A stretch of DNA of 64,000 bases, from contig DASXDM010000029.1 in assembly GCA_036490655.1 (NCBI GenBank), positions 146,670 to 210,669 of the forward strand. Reading direction: 5' to 3'. Source of the stretch: Verrucomicrobiia bacterium. GTDB lineage: Bacteria > Verrucomicrobiota > Verrucomicrobiia > Limisphaerales > UBA11358. The notes beneath the pieces were generated by a model. The model was not told where the DNA came from. It did no database searches and saw only the letters and a program-made list of their open reading frames with translations. Each line of letters begins with the position of its first letter. The first letter of the stretch is position 1. This document shows positions 10,301-18,071 of this stretch, in pieces. A program made the position numbers and the translations under genes.

Positions 10301-13300
10301 CCGCCCTGTTCGACAACGGCCACTATTTCGGCACCGGCACTTCCACATTGCAGATCCAGTCCGTTCCAACCAATTACACTGGAAATTATTTCGTGGTCGC
10401 CACCAATACCGGAGGCTCGGTGACCAGTTCGGTGGCGAACATCACCGTCTTGATACCGCCGGCAATCACCCTGCAGCCAACCAACCAGACCGTTCTGGCA
10501 TCCTCCAACGTCACATTCAGCGTCCAGGTCACCGGCAGTGCGCCTTTGGGTTATCAATGGTATTTTAGTGGTGGGCAGTACAATGGCCCGCTCACCGATG
10601 GTGGACAGTTTAGCGGATCAACGGGCACGAATCTGACCATTTCAAATCTTCAATGGACGAACAATGGAACTTATTATCTGCTTGCGACCAACCTCGTTGG
10701 TACGGCGGCCAGTACCGTCGTCACGCTCACGGTGCTAAGTCCCCCGGTGCTGACTGCTCCATTCGTGAACCAGGTCGGCATGGTTTTCAATAATACGACG
10801 CTTGCGCTGTCCGTCACCGGCACACCAGCCTTGTATTACCAGTGGCAGAAAAATGGGACCAACTTGAGCGACGGCGGAAATATCAGCGGCTCCAGCGGAC
10901 CGGCCCTGACCATCACCAATTCGCAACTGGTCGACTCCGGTCAATATACCGCCATTGTCACCAACGCCTATGGCGCTCTCACCAACACGGCCACGCTGAC
11001 GGTGGTACCCATCTTCGACTGGGGCAATGATGTTCTGCTGCCGCCTGCCGATGCGACGAACGTCGTCGGCATCGCGTCGGCCGGCATCGAATTGAGCGCG
11101 GATTTCGCACTACGCGCGGATGGCTCATTGATTGGATGGGGAAATGACGCCTATGGGATTGTGGATATTCCAGCAAATGCGACCAACATCGTTTCCGTTA
11201 CCGGCGGTCCTGAGCAAACGATGGCTATTCGCCGGGATGGCACAGTGGTTACCTGGGGCGGGGGCGGAACCAATGTTCCCGATGCGGCAACAAATGTGGT
11301 TGCGGTTGCGATCCAGGGCTATACCGGTTGCATGGCATTGCGCCAGGACGGGTCTCTTGTCACCTGGAATGGCGTACCCACTCCTCCGGCTAATGCCACT
11401 AACCTGATCGCCATCGGCGCCGGTTTTTATCAATGTCTCGGCGTTCAGCAGAATGGAACAATCATTGCATGGGGCAGTAATTATTATGGTGAAGGGGCGC
11501 CCCCGGCGAATGCAACAAATGTCATCGCTGTGTCAGGTGGGATGAACGGCGCTTACCCCTACAGCGCCGCCTTGCGCGCCGACGGAACGGAGATAGGCTT
11601 CGGATACGCCCCCGGTTTGCCCGCTGCCGCAACTAATCTTGTCACCATCGCCGCGGGTAATAGCCATGTGATGGCATTGAGACAGGATGGGACCGCCTTT
11701 GGATATTCGGGGCCGACGACAACCAATTGCATCGCGATCGCAGTAAACGGGTACGGCTTCCATGACGTGGTTCTGACGCAGGATCCACGCGTGACCATGC
11801 CCCCGGCCATCATTCAATCACCGCTGGGCGCGGTCATTCAAACCAACCAGACTTTCCTTCTGCTGTCGCAAGCCGTGGGCGCCATGCCCATGCAGTCCCA
11901 GTGGTATCTCAATGGCACACCACTCGCCGGTCAAACAAACGGCTGGTTGCTTTTGCCTGCCATTCAAACCAGCCAAGGGGGAGCCTACCAGATTATTTAC
12001 ACGAATAATTTCGGTTCGGCAACCAGTTCGCCGGCCATTGTCTGGACGCCACCGGCTTTCACCAGCCCGCCTGCGACCATGGTTGCCTTTGGCTCGAATG
12101 CCATCTTTAGCGAGACCCTCGCCGGCACTTCGCCTTTCGGCTACCAATGGTATTTCAATGGGACGCCATTGAGTGACGGCGGTTTCGTCAGTGGCTCGGC
12201 TACGGCCAGTTTGATCGTATCAAATTTCCAATCAGCCAATTTAGGCAATTACACGCTGGCCGTCACCAATCTGGCCGGCTCCGTCACAAGTTCCCCCGCC
12301 CTCCTTACTATTGTCAATCCACTCGTAACAACCCAGCCGCAAGGCCAATCCGTCTTGGGCGGCGCAACCGTAGACTTTAGTGTGGCCGCGACCGGCCAGC
12401 AGCCGCTTGCCTATCAATGGGAGTTCGACGGAACCAATATCCTGAATGCGACGAACGACCCGCTGGTGTTAAGCAACGTCCTTGTGAGCCAATCCGGCCT
12501 TTACTCAGTCATCATCACCAACTCCTATGGCACGATTGTCAGTTCCAATGCCACGTTGACCGTGACCGCCTTGAGCTTCGCCAGGCAACCGGTGAATCAG
12601 ACGGTTTTGGGCGGTGGGACCGCAAACTTTACAGTGTCGATCAATGGCCAACAGCCCGTCTTCTACCAATGGGAATTCGATGGCACCAATCTGCCCGGAG
12701 CCACCAATGATCCACTGGTGATCACCAATGTATTGGTAAGCCAGTCGGGGCTGTATTCTGTTGTCGTCACCAATGCCTACGGCTCTGTCGTCAGTTCCAA
12801 TGGCACACTCACGGTTATGCCGCTGGCGTTCAAAACGCAGCCGGCCAACTGCATCACCTGGCCCAGTGGTTCGGCCACCTTCTCGGTGATTGTCTCCGGC
12901 CAGGCACCCTTTGGTTTTGACTGGCAATGCAACGGCGTGGATGTGCCCGGCATGTGGACCAATGTGCTGACCCTCACCAATGTCCAGTTCTCACAATTTG
13001 GGACGTACGATGTCATCGTCAGCAATGCCTACGGCAGCGTTGTCAGTACCAATGCATTCCTGTCCCTCTCTCAAGTTGCCGTTTGGGGAGGTCTTGATGG
13101 TGAATCCAATCTGGCGGCGGGTTTGACGAATATCATCGCCATCGCGGGTAATGGTCAGAGTGTCGTTGACTGCCTGGCGCTCAAGGCCAATTCCACAGTC
13201 ATCCATTGGCCGCGCACCAACTCTGTCACCATCAGCAACATCCTCTCCATGGCCGGTGGAGGGGGTGAGGGCCCGGCAATGGTGCTGACGGTCAGCAACA

Positions 13301-14115
13301 CGGCTGCCGAATTATTGAGCGACGATGTTTTGGAATCCATTTCCGGGTTTACCAATATCGTGGCGGTTGCTCCCTACATGTATTCGCCCCTGGCCATTCG
13401 GACCAATGGCATGCTTGTCTTTGGCGCCCAGTTGGCTGGCGGGCCTCCCAACCTGGGGTCGATAACCAATATAACCAATGCCGTTGCCGTCACGGAAGGC
13501 AATGGCTGGAGCATGGTGTTGAAAGCCGATGGAACAGTGACCGCCTGGGGAGGCAATACATATGGGCAAACCAACGTGCCACCAAATGCAACTAACGTTA
13601 TTGCCATCGCCGGCGGCTTTTATCATGGGCTCGCGCTCAGGAGCGATCACACTGTTATTGCCTGGGGACTTGATGCCAATGGCCAGACCAATGTGCCTCC
13701 CGGCTTGAGCAATGTGGTTGCCATCGCCGCCGGCTTTTATCATAGCCTTGCTTTGAGAGCGAATGGCACTGTCGTGGCCTGGGGCCAAAATACCTACGGC
13801 CAGACCAATGTGCCTCCCGGTTTGACCAACGTTATCGCCATCGCCGCCGGTGCGGCTCATAGCATGGCGTTGATTGGAAATGGGCCGCCCGTCGTCCAGG
13901 CATCCATCTCATCGCCCGCCGCCACTACCAATGGTTTCAGCCTGGCCGTGCCCAGCCAAAGCGGCAGGCTCTATATCCTGCAATTTGAAAACACTTTGTT
14001 CGACACCAACTGGAATTCCCTGCCGCCAGTGCCGGGCAATGGCGGGGTGTTACTCTTGAGCGATCCAACCGCAACCAACAATCTCCAGCGCTTCTATCGT
14101 GTTCAGCAATGGTGA
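7396..14115 (+). CDS. Giant secreted multidomain protein: Ig-like repeats, right-handed beta-helix, two RCC1-like repeat blocks, C-terminal FYRV module
   Basis: ATG at 7396 gives the signal peptide MRRSKTIFRVFLPVILAFLSLIFLAPGQAAAA. Ig-like modules (QPxNQT...YQW...NGT...Y.V.V.N..GS..S..A.LTV) lie at ~7.5-8.0, 9.9-11.0 and 11.8-13.07 kb. A beta-helix of ~20 coils (GGG...STL.NC.L..N) spans ~8.05-9.9 kb. RCC1-like repeats (WG.N.YGQTNVP...NV.AIAAG..HS.AL) lie at ~11.0-11.8 and 13.07-13.87 kb. The tail is ...NNLQRFYRVQQW. Confidence 0.85.
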   Translation: MRRSKTIFRVFLPVILAFLSLIFLAPGQAAAASITTQPQNQTNILGSNAVFTVIGGGQTPLLYQWSFYTTNLTNSAHIGGATNATLTITNITTADAGDYKVVVKNTHGSVTSSIVTLTVLLPATIGTQPANQAVNWMGNAAFAVGATGTGQLNYRWLFNGTRLSDNSQISGSATSLLNISGALPANIGNYQVVVTNNYGSVTSIVATLNVTNVFHYVNLNNSAPQSPYTNWSTAATNIQSAVDVANAGDSIFVTNGMYTLGNRVTSTTTNCVVVTNAISISSVSGPAQTVINGGGTNRCIYLTNGCSLSGFTITNGMTPENGGGIFCSSTNVVITNCVVAGSSAYIQGGGVYQGTLFTCVLTNNYAGGNAQGYPAGGGAGSSVLYNCTVSWNSGGSASGGGLFNCTANQCVLTNNSTGANAGGGAAQSTLNNCLIANNSGCGAGDFSTLNNCTLIGNTAPIYGGGASYSTLTNCTLIANIGVWGGGAEQSTLYNCTLISNSVSSTGGAAYICTLSNCTLIANTASSYYGGGVDQSTLYNSTLCNNFAGQWGGAAYNSTLYNCTLSNNISDGEGGGAYSCILSNCVLTANEATYGSAYGGGAFNSTLITCLVSNNGAYAGGGAYGGSLSNCVIIQNDAVLGGGALGSTLVQCSVLNGQAQYGGGLNSCTASNCILTGNLAIIGSTGAGAGAYTSSLYNCMLYSNRSFFTGGGAALSTLINCTIASNTAYGITGGGGGGVTSCTLTNSIIYFNTTGGNYSGSNNMSWCCTTPLPNDGSGDVVVGVNNTSSAPLFVNLANGNCRLYPGSPGIDSGNNAVVPVTVDLDGNARIVNGTVDLGAYEFQNSPFIEVQPTNQTVPLGAYVTFSVTTYGPGLTYQWQFNGTNILGATSSTYVLSFAQYNSAGTYTVTVTNSYGVASSSNAVLTVVPPTPPSFTLQPTNQTVAVAANVTLAAAASGAPPAAYQWYFNSTALFDNGHYFGTGTSTLQIQSVPTNYTGNYFVVATNTGGSVTSSVANITVLIPPAITLQPTNQTVLASSNVTFSVQVTGSAPLGYQWYFSGGQYNGPLTDGGQFSGSTGTNLTISNLQWTNNGTYYLLATNLVGTAASTVVTLTVLSPPVLTAPFVNQVGMVFNNTTLALSVTGTPALYYQWQKNGTNLSDGGNISGSSGPALTITNSQLVDSGQYTAIVTNAYGALTNTATLTVVPIFDWGNDVLLPPADATNVVGIASAGIELSADFALRADGSLIGWGNDAYGIVDIPANATNIVSVTGGPEQTMAIRRDGTVVTWGGGGTNVPDAATNVVAVAIQGYTGCMALRQDGSLVTWNGVPTPPANATNLIAIGAGFYQCLGVQQNGTIIAWGSNYYGEGAPPANATNVIAVSGGMNGAYPYSAALRADGTEIGFGYAPGLPAAATNLVTIAAGNSHVMALRQDGTAFGYSGPTTTNCIAIAVNGYGFHDVVLTQDPRVTMPPAIIQSPLGAVIQTNQTFLLLSQAVGAMPMQSQWYLNGTPLAGQTNGWLLLPAIQTSQGGAYQIIYTNNFGSATSSPAIVWTPPAFTSPPATMVAFGSNAIFSETLAGTSPFGYQWYFNGTPLSDGGFVSGSATASLIVSNFQSANLGNYTLAVTNLAGSVTSSPALLTIVNPLVTTQPQGQSVLGGATVDFSVAATGQQPLAYQWEFDGTNILNATNDPLVLSNVLVSQSGLYSVIITNSYGTIVSSNATLTVTALSFARQPVNQTVLGGGTANFTVSINGQQPVFYQWEFDGTNLPGATNDPLVITNVLVSQSGLYSVVVTNAYGSVVSSNGTLTVMPLAFKTQPANCITWPSGSATFSVIVSGQAPFGFDWQCNGVDVPGMWTNVLTLTNVQFSQFGTYDVIVSNAYGSVVSTNAFLSLSQVAVWGGLDGESNLAAGLTNIIAIAGNGQSVVDCLALKANSTVIHWPRTNSVTISNILSMAGGGGEGPAMVLTVSNTAAELLSDDVLESISGFTNIVAVAPYMYSPLAIRTNGMLVFGAQLAGGPPNLGSITNITNAVAVTEGNGWSMVLKADGTVTAWGGNTYGQTNVPPNATNVIAIAGGFYHGLALRSDHTVIAWGLDANGQTNVPPGLSNVVAIAAGFYHSLALRANGTVVAWGQNTYGQTNVPPGLTNVIAIAAGAAHSMALIGNGPPVVQASISSPAATTNGFSLAVPSQSGRLYILQFENTLFDTNWNSLPPVPGNGGVLLLSDPTATNNLQRFYRVQQW

Positions 14116-14200
14116 GCCACTGATAATTCGCCTCGTCTCCACTTGAAAAATGTCACTGATGGTGTACATTCTTTCATCAGGCAGGGTTAACCAGAATTCC

Positions 14201-15673
14201 ATGAATAAATTAATACAAAAAGTCCATGTCATCGTCGTTTTGTTCCTTGGTTTTATTCCAGTATTTCAGGCCACGGCGCAAACGTTCACGAACCTCCACA
14301 ACTTACTTTTCGCTGATGGAGCCAATCCGCACGCGGGTTTGATCGTTTCAAGCAATGTTCTGTTTGGCACTACGTCAAAAGATGGTGACGGGAGTTCATC
14401 AGATGGTTTTGGCACGGTATTCAGAATGAATACTACCGGCACGAGCTTCACGAATTTGTATGCGTTCAACCAGGGAACCGATGGTGGCGATATCGAGGGC
14501 GGCGTTGTCCTGTCAGGCAATACGCTGTATGGAACAGCGTATTTTGGCGGCGCGTCGAACGACGGTTGCATTTTTGCCATCCATACCGATGGCAGCGGTC
14601 GGACGAATATCTATAATTTTTCGACCGAATTGCCGCATGTGCCATTTTACACCAATAGCGATGGAGCGTACCCGTACTGCGGCCTTGCTTTGTCTGGCAA
14701 CACTTTGTTCGGCCCAGCAGAAGGTGGCGGCGCCCAGGGTTGGGGAACTCTTTTTGCCATCAATACCAATGGCACCCCATTTACCAACCTTGTCAATTTC
14801 GCCATCACGAATGGCCAGAATCCCGATTACAGCGTCGTTTTTTCGAGCAATGTGTTGTATGGAGTAACGGGTGGCGGCGGTACCAACAATTTTAGCGGTA
14901 ATGGCACGATATACCGGGTCAACGCAGATGGATCGAGCTTCACCAACCTTTACTATTTCTCTGTTCCGCTTTACGGCCCTGTTCCGGCGACCAACGCCGA
15001 CGGTGGTGATCCTTTGGGGACATTGGCTCTCTCTGGTAATACGCTCTATGGAGTCACCTATGACAACGGTTATTATGGCAATGGCACCATTTATAAAATC
15101 AATACCGACGGCTCGGCTTTCACTGTTATCCACGAGTTCACCGCCACTAACGGGATCAACTCTACCAATAGCGACGGTGCGTATCCCGAAGCCGGTTTGC
15201 TTTTATGGAGCAATGCCCTCTATGGGACTGCCTATCTCGGTGGAAAATTCGGCAATGGCACCGTGTTCAAACTGAATACTGACGGCAGCGGTTTCACGAC
15301 CTTGTACAGTTTCTCAGCGACCAACGCAGACATCAGCACCGACCCAACAATCTTCACCAATTCTGATGGCGCCCGGCCGCTCGGCAGCCTGATTGTTTCT
15401 GGAAGTACATTGTACGGCACCGCCAGCGTGGGTGGCACTAATGGTTTCGGCACCATCTTCAGCATCACCTTGCCAGTACAATTATATATCACTCGGTCCG
15501 GGACGAATGCCATCTTGTCCTGGCCGGTCGGCGTCAGCGGTTTCCAACCCCAGTACGCCACCAATATGGTATCGCCGGTGACCTGGAATACCATCATCTA
15601 CTCCGGCACCCAGAACATCGTGACCAATCCCATCACCAAGACCAACTTGTTCTTCCGGCTGATGCATCCGTAG
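14201..15673 (+). CDS. Secreted Gloeo_Verruco (GloVer) tandem-repeat protein with C-terminal FFRL module
   Basis: ATG at 14201 gives the signal peptide MNKLIQKVHVIVVLFLGFIPVFQATAQ. There are about 8 repeats of ...G..LYGTT..GG..G.GT.F..NTDGS.FT.LY.F.... The tail is NAILSWPVGVSGFQPQYATNMVSPVTWNTIIYSG...TNLFFRLMHP. Confidence 0.8.
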   Translation: MNKLIQKVHVIVVLFLGFIPVFQATAQTFTNLHNLLFADGANPHAGLIVSSNVLFGTTSKDGDGSSSDGFGTVFRMNTTGTSFTNLYAFNQGTDGGDIEGGVVLSGNTLYGTAYFGGASNDGCIFAIHTDGSGRTNIYNFSTELPHVPFYTNSDGAYPYCGLALSGNTLFGPAEGGGAQGWGTLFAINTNGTPFTNLVNFAITNGQNPDYSVVFSSNVLYGVTGGGGTNNFSGNGTIYRVNADGSSFTNLYYFSVPLYGPVPATNADGGDPLGTLALSGNTLYGVTYDNGYYGNGTIYKINTDGSAFTVIHEFTATNGINSTNSDGAYPEAGLLLWSNALYGTAYLGGKFGNGTVFKLNTDGSGFTTLYSFSATNADISTDPTIFTNSDGARPLGSLIVSGSTLYGTASVGGTNGFGTIFSITLPVQLYITRSGTNAILSWPVGVSGFQPQYATNMVSPVTWNTIIYSGTQNIVTNPITKTNLFFRLMHP

Positions 15674-15725
15674 AATTGCTTGCAGAGAATTGACGCCGCC
15701 GCGCTTCCGGCGCACACTCGCGGTT

Positions 15726-16505
15726 ATGGCTAATAAGTCAGAGGAAAAGCCGGTGACTGAGCAAGCCCACGCAGAAGAATTGGGGGTCTTTCAGATCATC
15801 ATCCTCGTGCTGTCGGTGCTGGTGCTGGGTGCTCTGGCCATCAATACCGCTTTTCAACTGCCTTCCGAGATTTCCGCCACTCTCCAAACGATCGACACCT
15901 TCGTCTGTTTTGTCTTTCTTTTCGACTTCATTTTGCGCTTCCATCGGGCCGAATCGAAATGGCGATTCATGAGATGGGGTTGGATCGATCTGATCTCCAG
16001 TATTCCCAATCTCTCCGGTCTTCCCTTCTTGAGTCATTTGCGTTGGGGGCGCCTTGTGCGCCTCTTCCGGATCATCCGGCTGATCCGCGCCCTGCGCGCG
16101 ACGCACAAGATCGCCAATCTGTTGCTCAAGGACGAATTCCAGAGCGGCGTGGCTGCCGTGGTGCTGGCTTCCATTCTCCTCCTGATCTTTTCCTCGCTCG
16201 GCATCCTGATCTGTGAGCGTTCGGATCCAAACGCCAGGATCAAAACTGCCGGGGACGCTGTTTGGTGGAGCGTAACCACGCTGACCACCGTCGGCTATGG
16301 TGACGTTTATCCCGTCACGACCGCCGGCCGATGCCTGGCGATAATCACGATGATCGGCGGCATGGGAGTGTTCGGCGGATTAAGCGGGCTGGCAGCGTCA
16401 TTTTTTATCGGCAGCAAGGAAAAAGGGATCGTCGTCGAGGAAAACAAAATCCTCGCCCGCCTCGAACATTTAGAGAAAAAAATCGATGCGTTGAAACGGG
16501 ACTAG
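15726..16505 (+). CDS. Voltage-gated-type (6TM) potassium channel
   Basis: The S4-like segment has Arg at every third position (RWGRLVRLFRIIRLIRALR). The K+ selectivity filter is TTLTTVGYGDVYP. ATG at 15726 is preferred over the TTG at 15690 in the ORF track. Confidence 0.85.
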   Translation: MANKSEEKPVTEQAHAEELGVFQIIILVLSVLVLGALAINTAFQLPSEISATLQTIDTFVCFVFLFDFILRFHRAESKWRFMRWGWIDLISSIPNLSGLPFLSHLRWGRLVRLFRIIRLIRALRATHKIANLLLKDEFQSGVAAVVLASILLLIFSSLGILICERSDPNARIKTAGDAVWWSVTTLTTVGYGDVYPVTTAGRCLAIITMIGGMGVFGGLSGLAASFFIGSKEKGIVVEENKILARLEHLEKKIDALKRD

Positions 16506-16644
16506 CCAGCAATTCGCGGAGCGTCGCTTTGGGATGGCACAGGAATTCGGCTGTTTGCCTGGTTGCCCGGGAATCTCCGATGATGTGAAAGCGGTGACAT
16601 GGCCACCACTCCAAAACCTAACGGAGAAAAGAATGTCCGTTACT

Positions 16645-17253
16645 TTATTCCTTGATCGCCTTGAGGCCCGCATCACCGGCAATGGCAGGATGGCCGGCAA
16701 TAGAGCCACGGATCGTCTTCACGTCGTCAGAAGAAATCGCATCGCCCTTGTTGCCCCAGGAACTGCGGACGTAGGTCAGCACGGCGGCCAAATCCGAATC
16801 GGATAGTCCCGCACCCATCGCCGCCATGGAAAGATTCCAGCTTTGGCCTTCCACCGTGACTTGTCCGTTAAGGCCAAGCTGGGGAATCTCAACGAGCCGT
16901 TGATGCCCGGCGGCATTGACCCATTCAGAGCCGGCCAATGGCGGAGCCTGACCGGGTTTGCCACTACCATCCGGTCCGTGACAGGCGGTGCAGATCGTAT
17001 CGTAGGTGTGTTTACCCTGCGCCAGAATCGCTGCCGCACCGGACACCGGCTGGTAAGATTCCAACTCATTGGCATCCGTGTACGGGGCATAAACCTGGGC
17101 GTTGAACCACCCGCTGTATTCATCGAAATATACGCCGCCGAGAAACAACAACAACAGCGCCACACAAAAGATCCAAACCGGCACGGCGAATCCATCGCCG
17201 GAAGATGGTTTTTCCGTCGCGGGCGAATGTTCTTTCAAATCGTCACTCATCAT
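16645..17253 (-). CDS. Membrane-anchored monoheme cytochrome c (last gene of the respiratory operon)
   Basis: 202-aa ORF with one N-terminal TM helix (VPVWIFCVALLLLFLGGVYF) and a single CTACH heme site with downstream Met (NLSMAAMG). It overlaps the upstream gene by 4 nt. Confidence 0.8.
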   Translation of the reverse strand: MMSDDLKEHSPATEKPSSGDGFAVPVWIFCVALLLLFLGGVYFDEYSGWFNAQVYAPYTDANELESYQPVSGAAAILAQGKHTYDTICTACHGPDGSGKPGQAPPLAGSEWVNAAGHQRLVEIPQLGLNGQVTVEGQSWNLSMAAMGAGLSDSDLAAVLTYVRSSWGNKGDAISSDDVKTIRGSIAGHPAIAGDAGLKAIKE

Positions 17254-18071
17254 TTTTTCGCTTGGGCAGTTGGCGCTGGCGCGGCGGCGGCCATGGTGAA
17301 CGGCGCGTCATGCAGCGGAACATCCGCGTGCAGGCTCAGCAGATATGCCGCCAAATTCCTGGCCGCATTGGACGGCACCACTTCAAAGCCGGACGGCGGC
17401 CCAAAGCCTGCCGGCAATTGCAAGGCATCCGGCGAGGGCGTAGCGCCAATTTTTTGCACGAGAAACATAAACCGGAACGGCGGCATGGCCGAGTCCTTCG
17501 CCGCCGCTTGCGGCGCATACAGGTGGAGCAACTGCCAACTGAAGCTGCCGAGGCGGCCGCCTACGTTTGCCAGATCCGGGCCCATGCGGAGGCTGCCAAG
17601 CTGGACCGGATAGTCCCACAGAAAATCTTCAGAAACACTGCGGCGGGCACCCCACCCTCGCGCAACGTCTCCCCCGGTTGGAATGATGTGGATCTCAGTC
17701 TTGCCACCGGCGCCAGTGATCTGGTCGGAGGCGGACTGGGCATCATCTTTATCCAGGTTTTTCAATGAGAGAGATGAGAGCAAATTGCTGACGGCGGTAG
17801 GATTTTTGCCCATGCCGGTCACTACGACGTCGCACGAAACTCCGCCCTGCTGAAGCTGGGTGGTATGACACGCCGCGCATCCGTACCGGCGGTAAACCTG
17901 CAAGCCGAGCGTGGCGTCGCCAGTGCGCTGCAAGGGATAGGTTTGAGATGAATTGAGCACGTCCGTCTGCTTCTGGGTGCCAAGCTGCTCCATCGGGGCC
18001 AGGACGAATCCGCCCCAGGAAAGGCCCAGCGCGATGAACGAGACCAGGAAAATGCGGCAACTGCTGGTCAC
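17250..18071 (-). CDS. ccoO: cbb3-type oxidase subunit II (CcoO)-like monoheme cytochrome c
   Basis: N-terminal TM helix, then GLQVYRRYGCAACHT (CcoO-type heme c site). RMGPDLANVGGR and WQLLHLYAPQ...SAMPPF match the conserved CcoO blocks. About 55 aa are inserted after the heme motif. Confidence 0.7.
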   Translation of the reverse strand: MTSSCRIFLVSFIALGLSWGGFVLAPMEQLGTQKQTDVLNSSQTYPLQRTGDATLGLQVYRRYGCAACHTTQLQQGGVSCDVVVTGMGKNPTAVSNLLSSLSLKNLDKDDAQSASDQITGAGGKTEIHIIPTGGDVARGWGARRSVSEDFLWDYPVQLGSLRMGPDLANVGGRLGSFSWQLLHLYAPQAAAKDSAMPPFRFMFLVQKIGATPSPDALQLPAGFGPPSGFEVVPSNAARNLAAYLLSLHADVPLHDAPFTMAAAAPAPTAQAKK

